Virus record (IMG/VR): IMGVR_UViG_3300030376_006203
Location: 64,001 to 128,000 of that record
Strand: one strand, 5' to 3'
Length of the DNA stretch: 64,000 bases
Origin: a virus
Taxonomy: Duplodnaviria; Caudoviricetes
Shown here: in pieces, positions 19,848 to 29,347 of the stretch
Numbering within the stretch: position 1 is the first letter of the stretch
How the letters are laid out: each line of letters starts with the position of its first letter
Position numbers and translations under genes: made by a program
Notes under the pieces: generated by a model
What the model saw: the letters and a program-made list of their open reading frames with translations, nothing else
What the model was told of the DNA's origin: nothing
Database searches by the model: none

Positions 19848-21159
19848 ATCCTCTGAATCTCATAAATCTTGGAAATCTCAATGAGTATTCTGTTTCACTG
19901 TCTTGGTTCTTTGTGACAGCATCTGCTCTCACTTCTACAATCTGACCAATTAATTCATCTTTGTGTTGCCAAAACTTATCTCTATTGTCATCACTCAATC
20001 CAGAACCAACATTAGTTTTAATCATTTTGCCATCATCTTCACCTTCGCAAATCAAAGCACCCAATTTGCCAACATTTCTTCCTGTGCCTTCTTCTGTTGC
20101 TTTCACTGTCAAACTTACTTCAATAAATGGTTTCAATTTTAACCAAGCATGACTTCTTTTACATTCATAAGGAGCATTGATATCTTTAATCATAATACCC
20201 TCATATCCTCCCTGTACGGCCCTTTTATTCACCTCTGTATAAGTCGTTTGCCCTTCGGGTGTGTCTAAGTTCACAATTTCATGGTCCAGCACTGTAACGG
20301 CGTCTAAATGGGTCTTGTGTTGTTCATACCATGCTTTTAACATCTGCGTTCTTAAAGTTTGTGTCTTATCCCAACTGCCTTTTTTAAAATCTTCTAATGG
20401 TAAGAAATCAAACAAATGAAGCACTGCGTCTTTGGCATTGCCTCCTTCTTTCCTATGGACCTGTTTCATAAGGTCTTGAAAGTTCTCACTCATAACTTCA
20501 CCATCTAATACAACTGGGTATGGTGGAGGACTATTTTTTACAACTGCTGATATCTGTTCTTGTATGTGTCCAAAGTTTGTAAACTCTTTACCATTTCTGC
20601 TGAACATATCAACTTTGCCATCTGGATACACAATGGTAACAACTCTTACACCATCCAGTTTAACTTCTAACATCTTCTCACCCACCAACTTCTTTTCATG
20701 GTTTGTACTGTCATGGGCAAGTTGGCAAGTAAACACGGGCACCATGTACTTGCCATACTTGTTCTTTTTTGCTACGGAGTTCACAGTTTTTTCTGAAACA
20801 CCGCAACGCAAATCTTTAATCAATATTCTTCTATAGAAACCATTCCATTGTTCTGCTGTCGCTGAACTCATCACAAGATTAATGGCATCTCTTGCCGCGT
20901 GTCCTGTTAATTCTCTTGCGTGTAATTTTTCAGCAAGGTCTTTGAACACTTCCCATTTACAACCTTGTGCAGAAATAACATCATCTTTGGTTGGCACTTG
21001 CTTGACTCCAAATGTGTATAGTTTGTCCAAACACATTCTTAAGCCTTCAAAGAATTCATCCAATCCTTCATTCATTGCTTCTAGCAATATCTTCTCTTTT
21101 GCTAGTCTGCTATTATCTGCTTCTAGTTTAGCAATAACTTCTTGTGGTTGTGTTCTCAT
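19825..21159 (-). CDS. lig: ATP-dependent DNA ligase
   Basis: KLDGVR (motif I), LDGEV, EGIMIK, WLKLKP, VGSG and SLRFPRF; likely start MRTQP. Confidence 0.95.
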   Translation of the reverse strand: MRTQPQEVIAKLEADNSRLAKEKILLEAMNEGLDEFFEGLRMCLDKLYTFGVKQVPTKDDVISAQGCKWEVFKDLAEKLHARELTGHAARDAINLVMSSATAEQWNGFYRRILIKDLRCGVSEKTVNSVAKKNKYGKYMVPVFTCQLAHDSTNHEKKLVGEKMLEVKLDGVRVVTIVYPDGKVDMFSRNGKEFTNFGHIQEQISAVVKNSPPPYPVVLDGEVMSENFQDLMKQVHRKEGGNAKDAVLHLFDFLPLEDFKKGSWDKTQTLRTQMLKAWYEQHKTHLDAVTVLDHEIVNLDTPEGQTTYTEVNKRAVQGGYEGIMIKDINAPYECKRSHAWLKLKPFIEVSLTVKATEEGTGRNVGKLGALICEGEDDGKMIKTNVGSGLSDDNRDKFWQHKDELIGQIVEVRADAVTKNQDSETEYSLRFPRFMRFRGFEIGEKI

Positions 21160-21314
21160 ATCAGTTTCACCAAAATGTATATTTGTAGACACAACACCGC
21201 AATAGGAACGATTGTTCTAATCAATTCCATTGTGTGATTGTACTCGTCTAATTTTCTTTCCAATTTGTTTCTTTTTGCTTTTTTCATTGTACTAATTTTA
21301 TTATCTTTTACCAT
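21156..21314 (-). CDS. small protein with C-terminal TM helix (52 aa)
   Basis: MVKDNK...ELIRTIVPIAVLCLQIYILVKLI; AGGAGA RBS; ATGA overlap with the ligase. Confidence 0.55.
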   Translation of the reverse strand: MVKDNKISTMKKAKRNKLERKLDEYNHTMELIRTIVPIAVLCLQIYILVKLI

Positions 21315-21327
21315 AATTGTCAATCTC

Positions 21328-22332
21328 CTATACTGGTTTCAGCACGGTGCTTTTAGCCATATCTTTCCAATTTTCTGGAAATGCTTTTGCCAAATCAGCA
21401 ATTTTAAGCACTGTTCTTAAACTTATTTCTCTTAATTGTCTTTTATACTCATCAATGAAAGCAACAATAGATTGTTCAGTTTCATTTGGTAAAGCATATG
21501 ACTTTAACATACCATCAGTAACGATTTGTTTAATTCTCAAAATCTTCTCTCTAATAGTATCAATTGTTAAATCTATGTAATGACATCTAGATTCTAATGC
21601 TTCTAAATGGTCTCTTAACTTTTTACTCTTTACATTATCAAATTTAATGTTTGTGATAAAAATTACAGAACCTGCGAATTCAAAAGTATCAGGCACACCC
21701 TCTCTTCTTAACATATGGGAGTCTGTGTTCCAACATATCTTTCTAGTTTTTTTAGAATCCAATGCCGCCTTAAGTATGTTCAAACTTAAATCGTCTAGTA
21801 AAATACTATCACAGTCATCAAATACCAATACATTGTCAGCATCTGAAAAGTTGTATAATTTACAATATAAGCCAATTGGCGACATAGCACCTTTTACAAC
21901 TTCATATTTGGGTCTAGTATTACCTAGTGTACTCACAACGCCATATCTGTCAAGCACTTGCTCAACTCCATAACTTTTACCAACTCCTGGAGGTCCTGAA
22001 ACAATCATTGCTCTCACATCACCTTTTTTACAAGCCTTAGTCATGCTGTCTAGTATGTTGAATCTTTTTCTCATTCTTTCAACTGTCTCAGCATCACTTT
22101 CCTCTTTAGGTTGTTCAGGAGCCGAATCTCTCAATTGATTCTCGTTCTCAACATTTATTCTGATTTGTTTTTTAGTAGCACCTGGAAACTTTTCCAAGTC
22201 ATCTATTTTCACAGTAATGAATCCACCTTCTTTGTGTGGATGTGGTTGATAACCTTTTACAACTTGGAATGTTTGATTTTCTACAGTTTTGTTTCTGTAA
22301 GTGCCTTCTAGTAAGTATATTGTGTTTTTCAT
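21328..22332 (-). CDS. P-loop AAA-type ATPase, conserved in large phages
   Basis: Walker A GPPGVGKS, Walker B LVFDDCD, IFITN and ALESRC. Confidence 0.8.
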   Translation of the reverse strand: MKNTIYLLEGTYRNKTVENQTFQVVKGYQPHPHKEGGFITVKIDDLEKFPGATKKQIRINVENENQLRDSAPEQPKEESDAETVERMRKRFNILDSMTKACKKGDVRAMIVSGPPGVGKSYGVEQVLDRYGVVSTLGNTRPKYEVVKGAMSPIGLYCKLYNFSDADNVLVFDDCDSILLDDLSLNILKAALDSKKTRKICWNTDSHMLRREGVPDTFEFAGSVIFITNIKFDNVKSKKLRDHLEALESRCHYIDLTIDTIREKILRIKQIVTDGMLKSYALPNETEQSIVAFIDEYKRQLREISLRTVLKIADLAKAFPENWKDMAKSTVLKPV

Positions 22333-22376
22333 TTGTGCCCTTTTCTGTTGCCTTAATTAATTTGCCTTATTTTATT

Positions 22377-22405
22377 ATTATAGTTTCTGCTAACCAAAAA
22401 GTCAA
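22377..22405 (-). promoter_or_regulatory. sigma70-type early promoter
   Basis: TTGACT-17-TATAAT upstream of the ATPase. Confidence 0.7.
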
Positions 22406-22408
22406 GCA

Positions 22409-22870
22409 TTAATCTGCTCGACTTTCACTGATTACATTTAAACCATATTGTTCTTCTAATACCTTAGCAAAGGCATCACAAGCCGTTTCTTTGATGTCCA
22501 AAGATTGACAGTGTCTCCACTTATGGTTCTCTGGCATAATATCGTAGTAGGATACTCTCCAACCACCTCTATAACCATTGCTACCAATACCTTGTTTCTT
22601 TAACCAACCAACAAATTTACCTTGTGCTGGTCTGATTGTGATGTTAGCAAATCCACAATACATAGGTTCTTCTTTACCTTCCATATATGTGTCAACGGCA
22701 TCAACAGCCGCCTCTTTGGCTATACCCCACATCTTCATTGGTTCTACTTTTGCGTTTACAAATTTAACTACTTGTTTTACATCTTCTTTTATCATGTTGT
22801 TTTTCCTTTTGTTAAGTTTATTAAAGTGTTGATACATTTTGTTCAATTGTTTTTCTATTAATTCGCTCAT
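22409..22870 (-). CDS. hypothetical early protein
   Basis: CGFANITI.PA.GKF..WLK, QSLDIKE..AFAKVL..SRAD motifs seen in phage early proteins; start could instead be 22795. Confidence 0.6.
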   Translation of the reverse strand: MSELIEKQLNKMYQHFNKLNKRKNNMIKEDVKQVVKFVNAKVEPMKMWGIAKEAAVDAVDTYMEGKEEPMYCGFANITIRPAQGKFVGWLKKQGIGSNGYRGGWRVSYYDIMPENHKWRHCQSLDIKETACDAFAKVLEEQYGLNVISESRAD

Positions 22871-23247
22871 TAAACTAACAATCTTTTTTGACCGTCCATA
22901 TAACAAGCACCAGTCCATTTTACAACGTACTCACCAAAAATGTTACCTCTTGGAGCATTCAAAGCCGGTAATGCCCAACTTGCCGCTTTTAAGATATCAC
23001 CCTTTTTGAACTCTACACCTTTAGAAGTTGTGAAGTCTTTACTTGCTATGAATGAATGTACTGAATTACTAGTACCAATCTTTGTCATAACCTTAATGTA
23101 TTTCTTGCCCGGTTTTACTGTGATACTTTCACAGAACTCTTTAACCATGTTATCTCTAACAGTTCTTTCTGTTTCTGTTTTTGGATTATTCCAACCAACA
23201 TAGTCTTTTTTAATGTTTTCAATGTAATTGTCTATTTGTGTTTTCAT
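22870..23247 (-). CDS. conserved phage early hypothetical protein
   Basis: GKKYIKV, SVHSFI, GDILKAASW..PA.N.PRGNI. Confidence 0.65.
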   Translation of the reverse strand: MKTQIDNYIENIKKDYVGWNNPKTETERTVRDNMVKEFCESITVKPGKKYIKVMTKIGTSNSVHSFIASKDFTTSKGVEFKKGDILKAASWALPALNAPRGNIFGEYVVKWTGACYMDGQKRLLV

Positions 23248-23277
23248 TTGTGCCTCTTTGTTTGTTGTTATAGTATT

Positions 23278-23307
23278 ATTATACAGCCAGAACTACCAAA
23301 AAGTCAA
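23278..23307 (-). promoter_or_regulatory. sigma70-type early promoter
   Basis: TTGACT-18-TATAAT. Confidence 0.65.
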
Positions 23308-23349
23308 CCAAAAAGATAGGTCAAAAACGTCAAGGTTTATGCGGGTTTT

Positions 23350-23607
23350 TTAATCGTCGAATGCTTTTGCTTGGGGATTTTTGCTGAATTTACGCCAAAT
23401 CTTGTGTAAAGCATAGAACCAAACACCATTAATACTTGGTTCAATTAGTGCTACTGCGCCTGCTTCAAACAGACTGGCTCCAGTCATTACACTGACAACA
23501 CACATCGCAATAACGATATGTCCTAAGGTATAAATGATAGCCAGTGCTAAACTGCTAGTGCCTAGCAATTTTAATATATTAAAGATTCCTTGTTTAAATT
23601 CGCTCAT
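23350..23607 (-). CDS. DUF2061-like membrane protein
   Basis: IYTLGHIVIAM...ALIEPSINGVWFYALHKIW. Confidence 0.65.
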   Translation of the reverse strand: MSEFKQGIFNILKLLGTSSLALAIIYTLGHIVIAMCVVSVMTGASLFEAGAVALIEPSINGVWFYALHKIWRKFSKNPQAKAFDD

Positions 23608-23653
23608 GCTTTATTATAACATCTAATGTTATGTAAAGTCAATACCTTATGTC

Positions 23654-23683
23654 AAAAAAAAAGGCGACCGAAGCCGCCTTTTT
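23654..23683. terminator. intrinsic terminator, possibly bidirectional
   Basis: A9-GGCG(A)C-CGAA-G(C)CGCC-T5 hairpin flanked by A and T runs. Confidence 0.8.
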
Positions 23684-23705
23684 AATCTAGTTAAAAACTA
23701 TACAA

Positions 23706-23969
23706 TTATAATTGTACACCTTTTGCTAATGCTTTGTATCCAAGACCTACTACCATTCTAGGTGCTTTACCTGTTCTGTATACTTTAACACCAGTTCTTT
23801 TGTTAGTGTTTAAGAACACAGGTAAACCTTTGAATCTTAATGCTTGAATTACTGCACCTGGGTTACCAGCACCAAATCTATTTTTAATAGCATTTGATGT
23901 TAATGCTTCACCGTTTAATAAAGCATTTTCTACTCTTTTTTGTATAGTCATAGTTTTAGTTTTAGCCAT
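23706..23969 (-). CDS. small helix-turn-helix DNA-binding protein
   Basis: ALLNGEALT...RFGAGNPGAVIQALR.KG..V.LN...YR.G pattern; start uncertain (23969 or 24053). Confidence 0.6.
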   Translation of the reverse strand: MAKTKTMTIQKRVENALLNGEALTSNAIKNRFGAGNPGAVIQALRFKGLPVFLNTNKRTGVKVYRTGKAPRMVVGLGYKALAKGVQL

Positions 23970-24108
23970 TGAGCTAACTCCTCTTCTGATTTTTGTCTTC
24001 TTCTGGACAGTATTCGTACCAGTCGAAAACATATTTTTTATTATGTCTAACATTAATATTAATATACATTCTTTTAAGGAAATAGTCAATAAGGTAGGTT
24101 TACCAAAA

Positions 24109-24702
24109 TTAGCCAAAAATACTCATGTCACAATCTAACACTGTGGCAACCAAGTGTACTCTGTCTTCTTCACCACCGTTGAAAGCATTATGGTACTTGG
24201 TATTGTCGGTAATCCATACACCACCATCTGCAGGCATATGATGAACTTCAGTATCGATACACATACGAGCACCAAAATTTGTAACAATTGGTATGTGGAG
24301 TCTAGGTTCTGGATCTCTATGCCAACTCAAAGTTGTTCTTGGCAGTTTCCAAAGCAACCTAATCCTACCAAGTTTATACTTTTTGGTAAGTGCTTCGTAC
24401 ATCTCTTTGAAATATGTGTCTTTGAATAGCGAAACAAATTCTGAATATTGTGCTTCGTCTATCACTTCTTCTCTTTGAACTTCTTGATAAGTGCTGTCTG
24501 GTTTAGTCCAGTACAGTCCTCTTACATTACCACCTGTGATTGAATTTGGATCATTTGGTATTTGTGTAAGGCAGATAGCATTTATATCTCTTTCACCTAA
24601 CGGCGACTGTCTTGCTACTCTTGAATCAACTTCTGCTAATGCTGACTGCATTTTGGCAACATCGAATTTTAATGTTGGATCTCTGTAAAATCCTTTTGGC
24701 AT
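24109..24702 (-). CDS. aspartyl/asparaginyl beta-hydroxylase-like 2OG oxygenase
   Basis: GRIRL, LSWHRD (HxD), RLHIPIVTN, H.AFNGG..DRVHLV. Confidence 0.8.
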   Translation of the reverse strand: MPKGFYRDPTLKFDVAKMQSALAEVDSRVARQSPLGERDINAICLTQIPNDPNSITGGNVRGLYWTKPDSTYQEVQREEVIDEAQYSEFVSLFKDTYFKEMYEALTKKYKLGRIRLLWKLPRTTLSWHRDPEPRLHIPIVTNFGARMCIDTEVHHMPADGGVWITDNTKYHNAFNGGEEDRVHLVATVLDCDMSIFG

Positions 24703-24703
24703 A

Positions 24704-26080
24704 TTAATCTCCGAATTTGATACCTTGTGCTAAAGGTAATGATTTTCCATAATTAATTGTGACTGTGCTTCTACGCATATATTGTTTCCAAGCATCAGAA
24801 CCAGACTCACGTCCGCCACCTGTGTCTTTCTCACCACCAAATGCTCCACCAATTTCTGCTCCACTAGGACCAATATTAATATTAACAATACCACAATCTG
24901 AACCAACTGCTGATGTAAATGTTTCTGCTTCTTGAACGTTGTCAGTAAAAATACACGAACTTAATCCTTGTGGCACTGCGTTATGAATATCAATTGCTTC
25001 ATCTAAATCTTGATATTTCATAGTGTAAAGTATTGGAGCAAATGTTTCAGTCTTAACCAAATCACATTGTTCTGTTGCTTCTACTATTGCAGGACGAACT
25101 GTACAACCTTCTACAACTTCACCACCATGAACTGTGTAACCTTTTGCTTTAGCCTGCTCTAATACCGAAAGCATTCTATCTGCTGACTCTTGGTTGATTA
25201 GCGGTCCTACCAAAGTTTCTTCTTTAAAGTTATCTCCCACTGGTAAACTTGAATAAGCAGACTTTAATTTTTCTAACAACACATCATATACAGATGTATG
25301 TACAATTAATCTTCTCAATGTGGTACATCTTTGTCCTGCTGTACCAACCGCACCAAACACAATACCTCTTACTGCTAAATCAATATTGGCGTGTTTGGAT
25401 ACAATCATACCATTGTTTCCACCTAGTTCATATAAACCTTTACCCATTCTTGCCGAAACTCTTGGAGCCAATGCTTTACCCATTGCTGTCGAACCTGTAG
25501 CACTTAACAAATTGATTCGTGAATCATCTGCCATCCATTCTGCTTCAGTTTTATCTCCGTCAACTACCTGTAATAAATCTTTAAATTTTGTATCAGGAAA
25601 GAAGCATTCGCTGATTGCTTTGTCCCATGCCTCTTTACAACTGTCTGTTACATTTTTTGCTTTGGGTGAACCTTTCCATACCACACTGTTTCCACATACC
25701 ATCGCTATACAATGATTCCATGCCCAAACGGCACAAGGAAAATTAAAGGCAGTAATTACACCTACAACACCTAATGGATTGTAAACTTCCTGTAATTTGT
25801 GTTCTGGTCTTTCACTCTGTATTGTTAATCCGTATAATTGTCTTGAAAGTCCTACTGCGAAATCACACATATCAATTGCTTCTTGTACTTCACCAATTGC
25901 TTCTGCGTGTATCTTTTTTGCGTCTTTCATAATGGCTGTACCAATCTTTTCAATGTCTTGTCTTAAATGATTGCCAAACACTCTGATAACTTCACCTCTT
26001 TTAGGTGCTGGTACAGTTCGCCATTCTTTTTGAATTGATTTTGCTCTTTCTATTATGCTGTCGTAATTATTTTTATTCAT
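24704..26080 (-). CDS. pcd: ALDH7/Pcd-family piperideine-6-carboxylate (aminoadipate semialdehyde) dehydrogenase
   Basis: PAPKRGE, GEVQE.ID.CDFAVGLSRQLYG, ITAFNFP, ELGGNN, GTAGQRCTT, ETFAPILY and GAEIGGAFGGEK.TGGGRESGSDAWKQY; start at 26080 overlaps the upstream stop. Confidence 0.92.
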   Translation of the reverse strand: MNKNNYDSIIERAKSIQKEWRTVPAPKRGEVIRVFGNHLRQDIEKIGTAIMKDAKKIHAEAIGEVQEAIDMCDFAVGLSRQLYGLTIQSERPEHKLQEVYNPLGVVGVITAFNFPCAVWAWNHCIAMVCGNSVVWKGSPKAKNVTDSCKEAWDKAISECFFPDTKFKDLLQVVDGDKTEAEWMADDSRINLLSATGSTAMGKALAPRVSARMGKGLYELGGNNGMIVSKHANIDLAVRGIVFGAVGTAGQRCTTLRRLIVHTSVYDVLLEKLKSAYSSLPVGDNFKEETLVGPLINQESADRMLSVLEQAKAKGYTVHGGEVVEGCTVRPAIVEATEQCDLVKTETFAPILYTMKYQDLDEAIDIHNAVPQGLSSCIFTDNVQEAETFTSAVGSDCGIVNINIGPSGAEIGGAFGGEKDTGGGRESGSDAWKQYMRRSTVTINYGKSLPLAQGIKFGD

Positions 26081-27098
26081 ATAGTTTCCCAAATTTATTG
26101 CTTGTAAATATTTCCAATGGAACATCTTCTTGTTTTTGAAATCCACTGCCAGATAATTTGCCTTCTGTGTAGGCTTGTACAACCGCACATACACCAGAAG
26201 CCGTTGTTCTTTGAATAGCATTCAAAGTTTTATCTCCGTATATTTTCTTTTGAAAAGTTCTTTCTTGTAATTTGCCATCTATCACGCCAATCACAGTAAT
26301 AAACATAACCACAACGTCTTTGGTTGTGTATGGGACTTCCTGATCAAACAAATCAATAAATTTTAATTTGTTGTGTTTTAGATTAAGGTCTTCTAATAAA
26401 AACTTCATATTAGAATGATGTCCAGGATATCTAATAGTCTTATAACTCATTGTCTTAACTTTGTCAGCAAATGTTTCACACATTGAAGCAACTCCGCCTG
26501 AAGTGTTGAATGCTTCATATTTGTTTCCATCTATGAATAAATGTTCCAATCCATCCAATGGTTGAACTTTAATCGCTTTGCCGTTTGAAATAACATCTAC
26601 ATCATTAATATATTCATTGATTAGACCTGAAGTTGACCATGTCAAATAATATGCCATACTGTTGGCTGTGTACATAGGCAACGCACCTACTCTCATTTTC
26701 ACTTTGTCTACTCTACTGAATTGTTTTATAAGATCCGATGCTATAATATTAACTGCTCCAGGAGCCAATCCACATTGTGGCATCATGAATGCTTCTGTTT
26801 TTAATCCTTTGATATGATCCGACACTGCGACATCTTCTGTAAGGTCAAAGTATGCTACATCATTTTCGGCACAGGCATCTGCTATTGATATATTAGCATC
26901 ATAAGAAGCACAACTAACAACTATGTCTTTGTCTTTAATAAACTCAGACAATGCGTGGTCATCATTGGCATCTATATGAATTGCATTTTGAATTTCGGTA
27001 TTTGAATCAACTAAAAAAACTTCATGCTTTTCTAATTTTAAGAAAGCACTTACTATACGTCCGATTTTTCCTGCTCCTACTACAACAATTTTTTTCAT
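26073..27098 (-). CDS. saccharopine dehydrogenase-family enzyme, most like lysine 6-dehydrogenase
   Basis: GAGKIG Rossmann motif, YFDLTEDV, PQCGLAPG, RVGALP, TWST.GLINEY, EAFNTSGG, YKTIRYPGH and AIQRTTA. Confidence 0.88.
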   Translation of the reverse strand: MKKIVVVGAGKIGRIVSAFLKLEKHEVFLVDSNTEIQNAIHIDANDDHALSEFIKDKDIVVSCASYDANISIADACAENDVAYFDLTEDVAVSDHIKGLKTEAFMMPQCGLAPGAVNIIASDLIKQFSRVDKVKMRVGALPMYTANSMAYYLTWSTSGLINEYINDVDVISNGKAIKVQPLDGLEHLFIDGNKYEAFNTSGGVASMCETFADKVKTMSYKTIRYPGHHSNMKFLLEDLNLKHNKLKFIDLFDQEVPYTTKDVVVMFITVIGVIDGKLQERTFQKKIYGDKTLNAIQRTTASGVCAVVQAYTEGKLSGSGFQKQEDVPLEIFTSNKFGKLYE

Positions 27099-27101
27099 AA
27101 T

Positions 27102-27338
27102 TTATCTTCCTGTTTTACTTACAAATTTCTGTGGACCTTCAGTTATAAATTCGAGTCCGCTCATATTACCAATATAAACATTTTTTTCAATATTGTATTG
27201 TAATTGTAATTTAACTGTTTTTTGAAACACCACACTTAAGAACTGATTCTCTTTGAACGTGAGGATATTTGCTTCTACCTTTTGTCCATTTCTAGTGCAT
27301 TCAATAATACAATTATCATCGAAATGTATCGTTTCCAT
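27102..27338 (-). CDS. hypothetical protein
   Basis: Start METIHF after AAGGA RBS; YIGNMSGLEF motif. Confidence 0.55.
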   Translation of the reverse strand: METIHFDDNCIIECTRNGQKVEANILTFKENQFLSVVFQKTVKLQLQYNIEKNVYIGNMSGLEFITEGPQKFVSKTGR

Positions 27339-27546
27339 CGTCATCCTTATTTTTATTTTTAAGTTGTTGAACTCTTTTGTAACTGATATAATAAATGAAA
27401 TCAACCCAAAGGACATTCATAAAATATCCTAGTAATGTCAGTCTCAATCCAAATAGGAAAGGTAACAAAAATATTGCCACCCACATAAAAAACAAATAGT
27501 GACTTATTCTTTCACCTGGCACTGACCAATACAGCCATTCATTCAT
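27316..27546 (-). CDS. small membrane protein
   Basis: Two hydrophobic segments. Confidence 0.55.
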   Translation of the reverse strand: MNEWLYWSVPGERISHYLFFMWVAIFLLPFLFGLRLTLLGYFMNVLWVDFIYYISYKRVQQLKNKNKDDDGNDTFR

Positions 27547-27547
27547 A

Positions 27548-27745
27548 TTATAAAAAATTTCTTTTTAATTTCTGTGCTTTTTTAATATTAACTAATCTTT
27601 GTTTCGCTTTTTCTCTTTTTACTTCGCTTGGCTTTTGATAGTATTGTCTATCTTTTAACTCTTGAAAAACACCATCTCTTTTCATTTTCTTCTTCATTAC
27701 CCTTAATGCTTTTTCAACATTATTATTTCTAACTTCTATCTTCAA
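27548..27745 (-). CDS. rpsU: ribosomal protein bS21
   Basis: VRNNNVEKALRVMKKK...ELKDRQYYQKPSEVKR; TTG start after AGGAGG. Confidence 0.9.
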   Translation of the reverse strand: MKIEVRNNNVEKALRVMKKKMKRDGVFQELKDRQYYQKPSEVKREKAKQRLVNIKKAQKLKRNFL

Positions 27746-27854
27746 TTTTCCTCCTGTTTCTGTTTTTAACCTTCGGTTACTCTAAATTAACTAAAATATA
27801 ACACTATTTGAGTATAAAGTCAACTACTTATTAAATATATTTGGAGATGTTAAA

Positions 27855-28028
27855 ATGGTTAAAAAATCTGACAGGGTTATCCGAAGAGAGCAGAAAAAAG
27901 CCAATAAACAGATCAAGAATCAGTCACGTCGTAAACCAAAAAGTGTGATTGAAGAACCTGAAAACGGTACAAGAACATTTCCAAAATCCCACATAATCAC
28001 CCTAGATGATCTGACTAAACCAGATTAA
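27855..28028 (+). CDS. small basic hypothetical protein (57 aa)
   Basis: TAAATA, then GGAG RBS, then ATG; fills the gap between rpsU and clpP. Confidence 0.5.
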   Translation: MVKKSDRVIRREQKKANKQIKNQSRRKPKSVIEEPENGTRTFPKSHIITLDDLTKPD

Positions 28029-28052
28029 GATAAATAGCACTTGTATTTTAGA

Positions 28053-28616
28053 TTATAAAATATGATCCGCTACTTTTAAATCCACTAATTGTTTTGCTGT
28101 GTAATATTGATCCGAAGGATTTTTTATAAATTTGGCATTAACTTCCTGCACACTCATTCCTGTTGCTTCACGTAGTATCTGCATACATCTTTGTTCACAG
28201 TTTCCATTTTCTTTCATCTGTGCTTTCATATCATGCATTTTGGAATCCATTGTGTCGGAGTGTTGATGATTCATTATGCCTGTGTTCTTACCAATGTAAC
28301 GTTCGCCTTGTTTACCACTGGCAAATATTAAGAAGCCTGCACTCATCACAGCACCAATGCCTATTGTAGAAACATTATGATGACTATTTTTCATCACATC
28401 AATTAATGCGAAAGATTCATACAAGTCTCCACCAACTGTGTTGATATACAAAACCAACTTACGTTTAGGTTTTTTCTGTAGATTGGCAGACAGTATCCAT
28501 TTGATTGCTTTGGCAATATTCTCTTCGTTTAACTCGCCGTTGAGATAATGAATGTCATTGTCAAAAAGACTGTTATCTGCTCTATCCTCTGCACTGTGAT
28601 TTTCGTATCTTTTCAT
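28053..28616 (-). CDS. clpP: ClpP-like protease
   Basis: LYINTVGG, VMSAG (Ser), MNHQ (His), SDQYYTA (Asp) and ADHI. Confidence 0.85.
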   Translation of the reverse strand: MKRYENHSAEDRADNSLFDNDIHYLNGELNEENIAKAIKWILSANLQKKPKRKLVLYINTVGGDLYESFALIDVMKNSHHNVSTIGIGAVMSAGFLIFASGKQGERYIGKNTGIMNHQHSDTMDSKMHDMKAQMKENGNCEQRCMQILREATGMSVQEVNAKFIKNPSDQYYTAKQLVDLKVADHIL

Positions 28617-28673
28617 AATATAGTGGTATTTATTTAAATTTTGTAATAACCATAAACTGCGTATTTAATGAGT

Positions 28674-29144
28674 TTATTTGAGCTCTTCTTGTGTCCAAGA
28701 TTGACTGGATAGTTCCGAATCTTCTGCCCATCTGATGAACAGTCCTAATTCTTTTCCATGTGCTTCTATTTCCCAAGGTTGATCCCAATAATTTGTCTGC
28801 TTGTTCACAGGGACATTTTGCCACTTGGTTTGTCCTGAACGGGACATATCTATCAATTCTCCTTTGGAGTATTGTTTCACATGAACCATCTCGTGAGCGA
28901 TAGTTTCCATGATCTTTCTTTTTGAACCAGTACTGTCTACTGTGATTGTAAATTCTTTTGGTCGGTGATTACTGTCATCGAAATCAACTTCACCAAGTAT
29001 TCCATCTTCCTTGTATAGAGTTTTGGAAAATTCTACGTCAATTGTTACTGAATCTTTTATCTTTAATTTGTTCGCACAATAATGAATCAGACTTTCTGTT
29101 AAATCAGTCACCTTCTTATTTGCCCCCGAGACCGTAACTAACAT
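28674..29144 (-). CDS. putative zinc metallopeptidase
   Basis: AHEMVHVKQY and YWDQPWEIEA. Confidence 0.75.
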   Translation of the reverse strand: MLVTVSGANKKVTDLTESLIHYCANKLKIKDSVTIDVEFSKTLYKEDGILGEVDFDDSNHRPKEFTITVDSTGSKRKIMETIAHEMVHVKQYSKGELIDMSRSGQTKWQNVPVNKQTNYWDQPWEIEAHGKELGLFIRWAEDSELSSQSWTQEELK

Positions 29145-29308
29145 TATCCTTTTGCCAATTCCATAGCCAATTGTTTCAATTCATCCATTAAGAAGTTTAT
29201 TTCTTCTTCAGGCTTCTTATCTGCAACTGCTTTTTCTACTTCCATGCTCTTTGTTTTCATGGCAGTAAGTTTAATTTTTATATCTTGTATATTATGATAT
29301 TGTAACAT
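29144..29308 (-). CDS. small hypothetical protein (54 aa)
   Basis: ATG 6 nt after a TTGACA-17-TAATAT promoter; stop overlaps the next start. Confidence 0.5.
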   Translation of the reverse strand: MLQYHNIQDIKIKLTAMKTKSMEVEKAVADKKPEEEINFLMDELKQLAMELAKG

Positions 29309-29347
29309 ACTTGTATATTAACACAAATACAAGTTGATGTCAATTAC

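Noticed and set aside
26081-26221. 47-aa N-terminal extension of the ALDH in the ORF track
   Set aside because: It overlaps the upstream dehydrogenase and is not ALDH-like; ATG 26080 gives typical translational coupling.
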